A stretch of 64,000 nucleotides of DNA. Origin: Eledone cirrhosa. Lineage: Eukaryota. A program made the translations under genes and the position numbers. The stretch lies in assembly GCA_964016885.1 (NCBI GenBank), contig CAXHJY010001136.1:1-64000 (forward strand). The letters are read 5' to 3'. The notes under the pieces are model-generated. The model had not been told where the DNA came from and did not search any database. It was given only the letters and a program-made list of their open reading frames with translations. Shown here in pieces: positions 37,891 to 51,334 of the stretch; the stretch's first letter is position 1; each line of letters starts with the position of its first letter.

Positions 37891-39270
37891 GGCTTGTTCG
37901 ATTAGGGCTAACGTAGAGTTAAAAATATCAATCTGGTTTCTAATTACAAAATATGTTATATAATTTGCTAACTGATATTTCGCTAGTAAAATGGGAAAAG
38001 GTTAAAACTATAGAACTGAGAAAAGGATGGGTAGTGGTCTGGCTAGCTTACTGGCTGGATGGGTGGCTAGCTGGGTGGATGGTTAGCTGTCTGGCTGAAT
38101 GATTAACTGGCTGACTGGGTGACTAATTGGTTGGCTGGCTGGATGGGTAGCTGGCTAGTTGACTGGATGGTTGGTTGGCTGGCTGGCTGGCTGGGTGGAT
38201 GGTTAGCAGGCTAGTTGACTGGATGGCTGGTTGGTTGGTTGGCTGGGTGGGTGGGTGGGTAGATGGTTAGCAGGCTAGTTGACTGGATGGCTGGTTGGTT
38301 GGTTGGCTGGGTGAGTAGATGGATAGCTGGCTAGTTGACTGGATGGCTGGTTGGTTGGGTGGGTGGGTGGATAGCTGGCTAGTTGACTGGATGGCTGGTT
38401 GGTTGGTTGGTTGGGTAGGTGGATGGGTGGGTGGGTGGATAGCTGGCTAGTTGACTGGATGGCTGGTTGGTTGGCTGGCTGGGTAGGTAGATGGATAGCT
38501 GGCTAGTTGACTGGATGGCTGGTTGGTTGGGTGGGTAGATGGATAGCTGGCTAGTTGACTGGATGGCTGGTTGGTTGGCTGGCTGGGTAGGTAGATGGAT
38601 AGCTGGCTGGATGGTTAGATGGTTAGCAGGCTGGATAGTTAGCTATATGGCTAACTGACTGGTTAGCTGGATGGATGGATGGTTAGATGACTAGCTAGCT
38701 AGGACTATGGATAGACTGGTGCATCATCCTTTAAAAAGAGCTTTGATCACTGGCTTGTTCGATTAGGTCCTGACGTAGAGTTAAATATCAATCTGGTTTC
38801 TAATTATAAAATATATTATATAATTTGCTAACGGATCTTCGCTAGTAAAATGGGAAAAGGTTAAAACTATAGAACTGAGAAAAGGATGTGTAGTGGTCTG
38901 GCTAGCTTACTGGCTGGATGGTTGGCTAGCTGGGTGGATGGTTAGATGTCTAGCTGGTTAACTGGCTGACTGGTTGGCTGGTTTACTGGTTGGTTAAATG
39001 GCTGACTAGCTAGCTAACTGGCTGGTTAACTAGCTGACTGGTTAGTTGGCTGGCTGGCTAACTGGCTGGTTAACTGGTCGGCTGGTTGACTGGCTGGGTG
39101 GATGGTTGGCTGACTAGATGGGTGGATGGTTTGCTGGCTGGTTTACTGGCTGACTAGTTGGCTGGCAGGATGGTTAACAGGCTGGTTAGCTGGGTGGACG
39201 GTTAGCTGGCTGGCTGGCTGGTTGGATGGGTTCTTAACTGGCTGACTGACTGACTGGGTGGCTAGCTAAG
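37891..39270. repeat. Tandem duplication (period ~861 bp) of a unique ~150-bp head plus GGCT/GGTT/GGAT minisatellite
   Basis: GGCTTGTTCGATTAGG...GGTCTGGCTAGCTTACTGG at 37891 and 38752; internal unit GGCTAGTTGACTGGATGG. Confidence 0.88.
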
Positions 39271-39446
39271 GATGTAGCTATAGTTTTGGTTTGTTAACCG
39301 AGCTGGTGCAAGATCAGTAGCGTTTAGGCCATCCTTCAAATACTTGAAATAGCAGTCAAATCTTTCTTAACCAAATATGACCTTCCTTTCTTAAAATGTA
39401 TGTATGTATGTATGTATGTATGTATGTATGTATGTATGTATGTATG

Positions 39447-39876
39447 GCCATCCAAAATCACCGGGAGAGATGACCTCTTAGCCTTTGTCAAGGCAGAATT
39501 CTAGGAGAAGGAAAACTCTGATATAACACCTGCAACCCTGATGGTATCCAATGATGTTAACTTGTTCTTCTTTTTGGTAAATATCATCTTGGTTAAGAGA
39601 GTGGGACTGGCTTTGTGCAGTGCCTTTGCTCACTATAAAAGCTTCACGGCACAGGCATTGCTTTATATCTGGAGATCTCTCTGCACTTGTCGTCACATGG
39701 TACCATGGGCCCAGCACTATGTGTCAATAATTGTCACAGGTGTAGTGTTTGTACCAGAGTTTTCAAGTCGCTGGCTGGATTAAAAAGTCACACTCGTTCA
39801 GCGCATCGGTAGGGGTTCCCCTACATGGATATAAAGTAGTGGCCGTACTCGAAAACGAGTTGGCAGCCACCACCAT
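39447..39876 (+). mobile_element. Non-coding (TATG)n-tailed retroposon, near-identical to 6008-6412
   Basis: Both strands' spurious ORFs match those at 6096-6401 almost exactly; flanked by (TATG)n on both sides. Confidence 0.85.
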
Positions 39877-39949
39877 GTATGTATGTATGTATGTATGTAT
39901 GTATGTATGTATGTATGTATGTATGTATGTATGTACGTATGTATGTATG

Positions 39950-40761
39950 TTCTTCTGGTTTTATAATTTCACAAAGTTTTACCAATAGAGAGAGAGTCGG
40001 TTTCTAACATAGACACAAGACTCTCTCATTGGAATTTACACAACATCAACTAGGTAGATATGTATGTATGCATGCATGTGTAGATATGGATGTTATTGTA
40101 TGTGTGGATGTGTGGATGTGTATGTTTTGAGTTGTATCTGTGCATGTGTATATGCTTTGCATCTGTACATGTGTATATGCAGTTATTAGATGCAAAACTT
40201 TTGGAATGTTTTACATATTTTTACTGTTCTATTAATGGATTGTACTTGTAGTTTCCTAACTAGTTGTGTTCTTTCTGTTCCTGTGAAGCCTAGCTTCTCA
40301 AGATTTGTATTGAGGCAGTTACTAACATATCCCAGTGCCCCAATAATCACAGGCATATATCTGAAGGTGTAATCAGTGTGGAGTATCTGCAGATTTCTCA
40401 TCAGTTCTGCATAAATATTCTCCTTTTCACTAATCTTTGATATTATATTGGCATCTGCTGGGCAGCTAATTTCCACTACTGTGCATGTTTTCTTCTCCCT
40501 GTCCCATATCATAATATCTGGTCTGTTATGCCTGAATTTTATTGGGGTTTTTACTGGAACATTCCACCAGTACTCTTTCATATTATGTACATGGATGTCT
40601 TCCACATTGTTGTAGCTTTTAATGTGTTTATTATCGGGGCTATCTTTTTTACGAACTGCATTGTACAGTGTTTTGGCCACTACATCATGCCTCATAGGTA
40701 GATAGTACCGCGATGATATCTTTGGACAGCTGCTGATGACATGGGTGATATCCTCGATGTT
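39950..40761 (-). mobile_element. 5'-truncated R4/Dong LINE copy: intact RLE C-terminus, 3' UTR and (CATA)n tail
   Basis: EDITHVISSC...YLPMRHD...HNRPDI...VVEISCP...KENIY...PVIIGALG. Confidence 0.92.
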
Positions 40762-40896
40762 ATGTATGTATTTATGTATATATGTATGTATGTTTTTATG
40801 TATGTATGTTTGTATGTATGTATGTTTGTATGTATGTATGTATGTATGTATGCATGTATGTATGTATGTATGTATGTATGTATGTATGTATGTATG

Positions 40897-43800
40897 TTCT
40901 TCTGGTTTTATAATTTCACAAAGTTTTGCCAATAGAGAGAGAGAGAGTCGGTTTCTAACATAGACACAAGACTCTCTCATTGGAATTTACACAACATCAA
41001 CTAGGTAGATATATATGCATGTATGCATGCATGCATGTGTAGGTATGGATGTTATTGTATGTGTGGATGTGTATGCTTTGAGTTGTATGTGTGCGTGTGT
41101 ATATGCTTTGTATCTGTACATGTGTATATGCAGTTATTAGATCCAAAATTTTTGGAATGTTTTACATATTTTTACTGTTCCATTAATGGATTGTACTTGT
41201 AATTTCCTAACTAGTTGTGTTCTTTCTGTTCCTGTGAAGCTCAGCTTCTGAAGATTTGTATTGAGGCAGTTACTAACATATCCCAGTGCCCCAATAATCA
41301 CAGGCATAAATCTGAAGGTTGGAGTATCTGCAGATTTCTCATCAGTTCTGCATAAATATTTTCCTTTTCGCTAATCTTTGATATTATATTGGCATCTGCT
41401 GAGCAGCTAACTTCCACTACTGTGCATGCCTTCTTTTCCCTGTCCCATATCATAATATCTGGTCTGTTATGCCTGCACTTTATTGGTTTTTACTGGAACA
41501 TTCCACCAGTACTCTTTCATATTATGTACATGGATGTCTTCCACATAGCTGTAGCTTTTAATGTGTATATTATCGGGGCTATCATTTCGGGGCTATCATG
41601 GCTCATAGGTAGATAGTACCGCGATGACATCTTTGGACAGCTGCTTATGACATGGGTGACATGATGTTAATTCTGCAGAGTCTGCACTTGTTATCACATC
41701 TAGGTGTTTTGCCTGCATCCCTATTTCTTTTGTGAATCAGGTATTTCGTGTTGATTTCCTGTTCTTGGATTGCAAAAGCATATCCTTCAAAGTGGGAGAC
41801 AATATAACGGTTGTTGGTCCAAGATAGACTACTTTCTTTATCTATATTACTCTCACTCTGGAGCTTCCTGGCAACATATCCATGCATGATTTTTTGCTGA
41901 TAAGCATGCAGTTTTTCATCCATGGATTCACTGCGATACTGCTGAGCGACTTCCCTGTGTGTGAGTTTTTGATTATCACACAGGGAATATCTTTCGAAGA
42001 GTTCCTTCCCAACTCTCATGATCTTATCTGTTTCATGCAGATAGACTTGCTCGAGAGATGGGCTCCTACGCTTCGAGGTTCGTAGATGTCGGAGGGATAT
42101 GATGCGACATTCAAATGCTGTCTGGACTGATGTTAGGCCTCTGCTTCCCTGCTTACGTTTCAAGTAAAGGCGGTCTATGTCACTGTTGATGTGGAAGTTT
42201 CCGGTGTTGTTTAGTATTTTTCGAGTTCTAACATCAATTGCTCGGATTTCGTCTATCGTCCAATTGAGTATTCCAAACGTTGGTGTTAGGACAGATACAG
42301 CAGACACATTGTGAGCCACTGTGTTGTTATGCGCAGAGAGTTCCGATGACCATATCTTTCTTAATCAGGTGTAGTATTCCCTGGTTACGCGTTTCTTATT
42401 ACAGATCCCATTATAGGATATGTTCTCATCTATCCCCAGGTATCTGTAGCAGTCCTCATCAGATATCGGTGAAAGAGTTAGACCATTGATGACAATGTTG
42501 CTAGATTGGGTTGTTGTTTTTCCCCGCTTTACAGTCATATATGAGCATTTATCTTGGCCAAACTCCATTCCTATATCCTTTGAGAACGTTGTAACCAGGT
42601 CAAGATTTTCTTCATCCCATCCATGTTCTTGGCATAGAGTTTCAGATCATCCACAAAGAAATTATGGGTTAGGTTCCTATTTCTGTCCTCCTGTGAGCCA
42701 ATGACGTATCCTTTACATTTCTTTACAAGGGGTTTAAAGACAGGATAAATAATATCACAGAAAGACTGTCTCCCTGAAATATACCCCTGCGATATTTTAT
42801 TTTATCAGTGAAAATAGTGTCCTCCTTCTCTGTCTTTAACTTTAGGATAGTAAGTAGCCCAAGAAGAAGACAGCCTCTCTATGGCCCTGATAATAATGTC
42901 TGAGACTTTAGCAAGTCGGGGGGCTTCTATCATCCATGAGTGGGGAACAGAATCGAAAGCTTTCCTGTAGTCCAGCCAGACTGTAGCCATATTCCTCCTA
43001 AGTTGTTGCACCTCCGACATCGCAGTTTTGTTGATTAGGAGTTGTTCAGCACATCCCCAAATCCCTTTCTTTCCAGCTGCTTGTTCATCTGTGATGATGT
43101 TATTATTTTCACAGTGATCTTGGGGGAATAGGTTCAGGCAGGCTGTATACATCGTATACATCAGTTTCTGGCATGCAATGGGTCGGTAGTTTTTTGCCAA
43201 GTGGGTGTCTTTTCTCTTGGGGACCAGTAATGTTTGTGCTAATGTCAACCATTCTGGTATAAGTGTATCTGCCCTAAGAACTTGTTAGTAGAGGTCGGTA
43301 AGATAGAATATCATTTTTTTGTACCAGTAGCCGACAAACAATTCCTGGTGTTGGCTTATCTTGGAGTTTTCCTATCACAGTCTCAAGGGTACCCTCACTT
43401 ATTTCGTATGTTTTTGTTGTAGTGTAGGAGCAATAGTTCTTTCGGATTTCTTTTAGCCACACTGCATCTTGGTTTAAATTCTTCTTTTCACCCCATATTT
43501 TTCTCCAAAATGAATCAATGTCTCTCTGGGATGGGATCTCAGTGACACTTATTATTTTGCCCTTCATATCTCTATAGACTGATGTTTGGTTTCGTCGGAA
43601 TCTTTTATTAAGCACTTTTATTTCATCTACCTTCTTCAGGTATCGGCGTTTTTCGCTGACAGCTCTCAATTCTTGTTTCAGGGTGATCAGTTTATATTGA
43701 AGAGTTCTGGTTCTACTGTTACCAAACATCATCTCTATTTTATTTTTCGATAGTGTTTTCCCCAGCATTCGAGGTAGACTTAGATGGTACACGTGGTGTC

Positions 43801-44452
43801 AAAATTCTTACAGGCATAGTTGTTACAGGCATAGTTGTTTCAAGGCACTGTTCGACCTGGCTACTAGCATGGCGACTTGTAGCACGTGTTGTTGATTCCA
43901 TGTTTGTTGCTGGGGACTTACAATTAATAATATTTATCTTATTTTTACGTTTAACAAACGTCGCTTGTTGGCGTAATTGTTTCGCTGTGAAGTGATTTAG
44001 CTCTGGGTGTATTTCGTCCCAGTGCAGCTTCATTCTGTTCATATAGCCAATGGAGGGATTGTTTTTTGCCATTTTATAACAATTAAATAAATCATTATTA
44101 AGTTCGCAACTCCAAGAGAAATGCGATTTATAATTTCGGTTTCTTCTGTAACTACAACTGAATAAATTTTGTTTACCTTTCTCGTTTTTCTTCGGTATTC
44201 CACTAATGTTGTTGTTGTTGATGTTGTGTTCAGACATACTGTTTGTAGCAAATCCTTGTAAAATGAATTATATATTTAGTCGGATATCTCTACGAATTCG
44301 AATAAAAGGTGTCTTCAGTGGATATAGTTAGAAGAGTACCCAGTTATTCAACATGACTGGTAATTGTGGCATTACTGTCGGAGATAGTATTCATCTTAAA
44401 TTTAATGGATAGTCTCCCACACCAAAATATGCGACTGATCGCGTTGACTGAC
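40897..44452 (-). mobile_element. Near full-length R4/Dong-clade LINE (frameshifted RT-CCHC-RLE ORF)
   Basis: GYMNRMKLHW...QLRQQ; NYRPIAC; WLDYRKAFDSVPH; GIFQGDSLS; FVDDL; FGQDKC; YRYLG; CRLC; (TATG)n on both flanks. Confidence 0.93.
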
Positions 44453-44766
44453 TATGTATGTATGTATGTATGTATGTATGTATGTATGTATGTATGTATG
44501 TATGTATGTATGTATGCATGCATGTATGTATGTACGTATGAACGTATGTATGTATGTATGTATATATACATGTATGTATGTGTGTGCGGAAGAATGTATG
44601 TTAGTATGTATGCATGCCTATATGATTGTACATATTCATGTATGTATGTTCGCATGCATGTCTGTATGTATGTATATATGTATGCATACATCCATATATC
44701 CATGCTTATGTATTTTCTTGCATGTATGTATGAGTTTATGAATGGATAGATTGAAAAATGAATGGG

Positions 44767-44820
<54 letters not shown>

Positions 44821-44821
<1 letters not shown>

Positions 44822-47520
44822 CTTTCTATTTATTTGCCACCAAGGCATCAAAGATAGGGACAAATACAAGGGGGGGGTTTACATACATTTCAAAGGACGT
44901 GTAAAAACATATAACAAATAAAATTCAACAATCGAAGTCCTCAATAGGGAGGGGGCGTTGACGTGGGTCGCACACACTCCCGAAAAAAATGTGCAACCCT
45001 CCTCCTCAGGAACACAAAAAGCGGGTGCTCCCTTCCTCTCTTCTTTCTTCTCCTCTCTCACTTACAGGCTGACATAGAGAGAAGGCCCATTCACTCGGGC
45101 CATTCTCGCCACTTTCACCCACCTTTCATAAAACTTGCTGGAGTAGAGCACCTCTCTCTCCATTCTGATCCTTCTTCTAAAATGGTACTTGAAAAAAAGG
45201 ACCAGTTGTTGGCCGGAGAGAAAAGTATCTGACCTCAGCCCTTTCAACCTCGTCCACCATACAACCTCTTTCGCCATAGTTATCACACAGAGGAAAACCG
45301 CCTCTCCTTCGTTTTTGAAGGGGGAGGCGGTTTGATCGTGACAATGTACTCGGTGGTCAACCGGATTGGGCCCACCCGCGACAGTAGTCGTTCCACATAG
45401 CCCCACAGGTCAGCAACGCCCGGGCAGTGTACGAATGCGTGCGCGACGGTTTCCTCGTCACGCACGCATCTTGGACAGATCTTCTTAGAGGGGTCCCTAG
45501 CCGGGCGCCCGTGTCTGTAGAGCTTGTCTAGAGCTCCTCGGTAGCACTGCCAAGCCAGGGACTTTTGGAAATTGTTCATCGGTCCCGGGCCAAACGTCCT
45601 ACCGAACAGACTGGCTAGCTCGTCTTCCTCCATGCCCAGAGCCTCTCCGAGAGCGTCGTTGCACTTGCTGCGCACCAACCCTCTATAGAATGTTGAGGTT
45701 GAGTCGCCACTGATTGCCGGATCCGCTTGCCAGAGGGCTGTGAGCGCCTGGGCACATTCAATGTGCCAGTCGCCCATTTATCTCGGTCTTTGCTTGACCC
45801 AGGATTGCAGTTCGGTGAGTGAGACGAGTCTCGGAAAGGCTCGCCTCACAAAAGGGGCCCACACCGGCTGACCGGTGAGGAATACCTGGAGGTGCCGTAG
45901 CCTTAATGTGTGTCTACGCATCGTCAGCCACGGTATTCCCAGCCCTCCGTTCGAAGGGTGTTGACAGCAGATGGATCTTCTCACCAAAGGGGCCTGCTTC
46001 TTCCAAAGGAATCGGAAGAGCGTGCGCTCGATTTTGGCGAGCGTTTTCGCTGGGCAAGGCACGACGGTCAAGCGGTAGTAGATGACGGACGCTATATCAG
46101 TGTCCGCCACCTCCGCTCGACCTTTCAAGGATAGTTTGCACTCGGCCCACTTCTGGGCGAGTGCAAACACCCTGCCCGTTACCTCGTCCCAGTTTTTCTC
46201 TATCTGGAGGTCCGGTCCGAACCAGACCCCGAGCAGCTTCACCGGTCCCTCCGTCCAGCGTCCGACGACGCCGTCGGAGGGCATCGATTTGCCGCTCCAC
46301 GTTCCGAGTTGCAAACCGACGGACTTGTCCCGGTTCAACTTGGATCCTGTAAACCTTTCGTATTCCTCCAGTAAGGTGCCGATCTGCCCGATTTCCGAGG
46401 CGCACGACACCATTACTGTCACGTCATCGGCGTAGGCCGACACCGCTTTCCGCAATCCCAGTTCCTTCTCCTGGGGACCAGGCTGCACAATTTACATGGG
46501 GGTGTCGGCGGGGTTGTTTGGTGGGGTGGTGGTTTGGGATGTGGTGGGGACATCACTGTGTGGTGGGGTGGGGATGTTTGGTGGGGAAGGGGTGTCTGGG
46601 GTGGTGTTGGGGAAACATTTCAAGAGAACGCGGTTGCTAGGTCTAGTACAGGGGTTCCCCACGTCCTCGGGAAAGTTCTGTTTGAGCATTGCGTAGGTGT
46701 CCCTTGGGACCCTAATCATTTTTAAATATGGTTTAGTCGCCGCGTTGGTGAACATTTTCCCTTCAGTTTCCATCGAAGGGTCTTTGTCTATTGTTTGCAC
46801 AAGTGTTATTTTGTTTGTGTTGATGTATGTATACTGTTTTTGTTGTGTTGTGTTTGTTTTTGTTTGTTGTTCTTGTGTGTGTTTGCGTTTTGTAGTATGT
46901 GTTATGTTTTCGGGAGGGGTGGGTATTTTTGTTTGTGATGTTTGTTCTGTTTGTGCTGGTGGCTGTGTGTTTGTTGTATTTTTGTTGATGTGGTGCCTTC
47001 TTTGCTTTCTTTTTACCGGTTGAAAAGGTTCTCCCTCGTCGTCACTGGGTGACGTTGATAAGGGGTCCTCATCCGTGTTGTTGGGGGAAGAAGCGTCTTT
47101 TTTTTTTGGGGGGGGCATTTAAAAAGGGACAGGAAGCCCTCAGGTGACCACTTCTTGAACAGTGGTAGCATGAAGGCCTCCTGCCCTCAACAGAAATGTT
47201 TATGAAGGCGACTCCATCCAGGGACACACGCTGCGGTATTCTTGCTATCCGTTCTGGTCTCATTTGGACCAGAACTTCAAGGCTATTGTCGCCGAATACG
47301 CCCCCGGTGGATTCGCCTATCGAAAGGATTGTGTCCTCATCTTCTAAGAATCCCGTTAGCACCCACCAAATGCTCACATTTGGCTTGATGTCCGAGATTC
47401 TTATCTTTTGAGTTCAAATCTCGCCGAAGTCAATGTTGCCTTTTATCTTTCTGAGGTCGGTAAAAAAAAATATCAGTCCAGTGCTGAGGTCGATTTTTCC
47501 GTTATATCACTTTCTCACCC
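44821..47520 (-). mobile_element. Internally deleted Tx1-clade LINE: ORF1 with zinc knuckle, ORF2 3' half, 3' UTR, (TATC)n tail
   Basis: ORF1 CYHCSRSGHLRASC; ORF2 SAYADDV, KLNRDKS, VKLLGVWF, LSLKGR, GGLG, CPRC...ETVAHAFVHC. Confidence 0.92.
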
Positions 47521-47685
47521 CCACTCACCCCTCTCTCTCTCTTTCTAAAAAGAAGAAGAAGAAAAAGAAGAAATCAGCTGTGTTCAGACCTGAAGAGGGA
47601 TGGGCTCTGCTAGGTTTATAAAACAAATCCACAAGAAACACCGTGTCATTCCAGTGTCCCTACGACTTCACTAGGCATTATGGTG

Positions 47686-47794
<109 letters not shown>

Positions 47795-48729
47795 CTTTCT
47801 CAAATATTTTGCCTGGAAGAACAATTTTCTTTATTTTTGCATTTATGGATGTCTACACAAGAAACCAAAACAGAAAAGTTTTTAAACGTTTCTGTTTTAA
47901 GCTAAGAAGAAAGCAATTATTTACGTTAAAGGTATTTCTTTAAAATATAATATTTGTGATAGTTATCAATACATCAATAGAGGCATGCACTATAACAATG
48001 TTGTTTTAAATGTTAAAGTTATATATAGGGGCGGTGGAAGAATTTCTGAATGGGGAAGGGGCAAATTTGGTCAATTTAGTTATAGTGATTAGTTTAGCTG
48101 TTATTATCAAATATCAACCAAGATATAAAAACTTCATGTGTGTTTTGGTAGTTTGGAGAGAAAAAATAATTATATAGCCCCTACCCTGTAAATGTAGATA
48201 AAAAGTTTTAGAATTATGTTGAATTAGAGTGACTACTCATAACATTTCGAATTCTTTTCTTACATAGCACCTAAACCTGGCATGTAAATGACAACTAAAC
48301 CCAGTGAGATTTTTAAGACCAGAATGTTCATCCAATTCGCCGCCAGTCGGTTTTGCCATTCGCTATTCTGGGGTCGGTAAAACACAGTAGCAGTTAAGTA
48401 CTAGGGTTGATATAGTCATCTATAACATTCCTCAAAATTTTTAGGAAATTTGCCTATGTTGGAAATCAATGCATCACAGTTGAGAGGTATGTTTAATTAT
48501 GTCTGTATGCCTTCTGTGTTCATATCTTCCGAGATCGAATTTACTTTTCATACTTCAAGGGTCGAAAAAGTAAAAAAAAAATTCAAGTAAACAAGTGTAT
48601 AATGATCGGGACAATAACACCAACAACAACAATAATAATGATGATGGTGGTGGTGATGATGATGATGAGGAGGAGGAGGGGGGGGGGACAGAAGAAGAAG
48701 AAGAACAACAACAACAACAACAACAATTC

Positions 48730-48945
48730 TTTCTAACAAATGGACAAGGCCAGTAACTTTAGGGTAATGTAAACTCGATTAAATTGACCTCAGTACTTTA
48801 CTGGTACTTATTTTATCAACCCCAGAAAGATGAAAGGCAAAGCTGACCTCGGTGGGATTTGAATTCAGAAAGTAAAGAGCCGTAACTAACTGCTACAAAG
48901 CATCTTGTCCGACTCTCTAATAACTTCGCCACTCCACTGGTCCCT
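48730..48945 (-). mobile_element. SINE family A, older copy
   Basis: ACTGGTACTTATTTTATCAACCCCAGAAAGATGAAAGGCAAAG...GGGATTTGAATTC. Confidence 0.85.
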
Positions 48946-49289
48946 AACTATAACCAATCCACTGCTCTAACAACAACTTTATACCGCCTATGTAACATAT
49001 TCAAATTTCACTATAAACGTGCTTAATGTTTATTCCTTGATGTCCAATGTCCACCCTTCACTTTGCAGTGTCTATTGTATAATGTCTTCCTTCGCACCCT
49101 CACTATGGATCATCAACTTGGATTATGGACTGTGGAAAATATTTCAGCATTAGAAAAGCCCTGGCGAGGTCAGCATACTATAAGCTTGACAAAATCTAGC
49201 ATTTCGATCTACCAAATTTCTCTAAGGTTAGACTATTCCAAGTACAATCAATCCTACTTTATGCTAGTGAAACTTTGACACTTACTATG

Positions 49290-49655
49290 AAACAACGAAA
49301 GCGCCCCGATGGTGCATATATATCTTTGCTTCATTGGAATCAAAACATAAACTGAAGGCAAACACTCTTAAAGAAATATACCATAGTCTCCCTTATATTT
49401 CTGATAGTGTGCAAACGAGTTGGGTAAGATTTGCAGGTCATTGTCATCGCGTCACAAAAAGAAGCTTTGTCTCCTTTCGTACTTTGGAAACCAGCATCTA
49501 TCAAAAGCCAAATAGGTCGCAAGCTCTCCTATTCAGATGTCTAGTCAGAGACTCTGGTATTAATGTTAGGGATCTAAGCAATGCAGTGAGTGACAGACCT
49601 ACATGGAGATCTGTCGTTGAGTCGATTTCAGCTGAGGCTGCAGGATGATGGATCA
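49290..49655 (+). mobile_element. RTE/RTE-X LINE 3' end
   Basis: TLKEIYHSLPYISD...RFAGHCHR...LVRDSG...AVSDRPTWRSVV. Confidence 0.8.
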
Positions 49656-50019
49656 TTATATGTTGTTGAATATCTGTTTACTATATGGGGTGATGAGTAT
49701 TCTGTAGTTTCATTTGCATATTGTTCAGTCACACTGTATATTGTTCAATGTATATGTGTGTGTATACAGAGAGAGAAAGAATGATGGGATATTGAGAGAA
49801 AGGGGGAAATCGAACTGCACAAACGGTCACAAGAAAACAAAAACACAATGGTTACTGAATCTTGAAAAGAGTATATTTGATTATAGCTGAGGATGACATA
49901 AATGGAATATATTCATCTGTGTCTGATAAGCAAATCGATCCCAGAGTCGAAGCTGAATATAATTGATTAAGGCTCCTAACTGGTCATTTGTAAAACACGT
50001 GTTATACGTGATTAAAAAT

Positions 50020-50207
50020 GGTTTCTTATATAGGCAAAATGCCAGCACTTTGGGGGGGAGGGAAAGTTGATTAAATCGACCCCATCGCGTGACTGGTACT
50101 TTATTTTATCGACCCCGTAAGGATGAACTCATAATGTAAAGGGAAGTAACTTTATGCCGCGAAGCATGGTGTCCGACGCTCTATTGATACTGCCAATCCA
50201 CTGCCCT
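50020..50207 (-). mobile_element. SINE family A with internal deletion
   Basis: Head ...GATACTGCCAATCCACTGCCCT and ACTGGTACTTTATTTTATCGACCCC. Confidence 0.85.
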
Positions 50208-50255
50208 ACACGTGAGTAATAATAAAATATGCTAAACTTAGATATTGAGCTCTCA

Positions 50256-51334
50256 TCTATATATATAAAACTGAGGATGTCTGTGTGTGTGAGTTTGAAT
50301 CCCTAAAACTCGAGAACCACCCAACCGACTGTTTTCAAACTTTATACATGTAATACTTATGTTTCAGGGAGTGTTCTGAGCAAAAAGAATTTCAAACTTT
50401 CAATGCCCTAGGGACCGCATTAGGTGATTTAGCGATCTCTCTCTATAATTCTTAGTCTTTCTCTTTTTAGATAGATACATACATATAACGTCGCGCCCTT
50501 ATAATATCTGTCTGTATGTCTGGCTGTCTGCTGCCTCCGGTTATTCTGCCACCCTTGCTCAAGACAAATCTCACACTCATTCCCCAAACAGTAGGTAATT
50601 GCACACAACTTCTTCCTCACGTTTTAAGCCACAGTGTTGCTTACTTACGTACCACCAGACCCTTACTTCTTTGCCAGCCGTGGTTGTGGCAATACTAAGC
50701 TTAGCTAAGGCGGTTATATATTTCACACAACACTAAAAATTAAAGCCGGTAAAGAAAAACATCGCTATAATAGCTTCAGTTTTCACAGTGTTGCTTACTT
50801 ACGTGCTTTTACGAGAACAAAAGTTACTCAGGAAGTGTTATGCACATAAAAAATTCAACTTTTTAATCCCCTTTTTGATCCCCTTTTTTCAGCTTTTTAG
50901 GGGTATTTTGAGGCGTTACGTCAGACCGATTTCCTTGAAATTGTAACTATGTATTAGTCAGTCTCTTCTTCATACTGTGAGCAAAAACAATTCAACTTTT
51001 TTATGGCCTAGGGCCTGCATTAGGGGAAAAACTTCATTTTTTCAGTTTTTTAGGGCTTTTTTAGGCGTTACGTCTAGCCGATTTTCCCGAAATTTCAAAG
51101 TATATTATGCACATAAAAAAATTCATTTTCTTGATACCCTAGGGCCCACATTAGGTGAAAACCTGCATATTTCCTGCTTCATCGAGGAAAATCTTAAAGA
51201 TTATCCAGCCATCAGAGTATTCGGTTTATTTTCTTTACATATTGTCGAGGCATGCAGTTTTTCCACGATTAGGTCTGTTGGCGGCTCGCGTTCCAAAATA
51301 CCTTATCCTGTGCAACGCCGAGTACCACTGCTAG
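50256..51334 (+). mobile_element. Non-autonomous Helitron
   Basis: A|TCTATATATATAAAAC start; decayed subterminal hairpin CCTGTGCAACGCCGAG; CTAG|T end; first ~170 bp match 32816 onward. Confidence 0.85.

Noticed and set aside
39866-39880. Kozak-like CCACCATG (GCCACCATG in the 6008 copy)
   Set aside because: The ATG is the start of the (TATG)n tail and no real ORF follows
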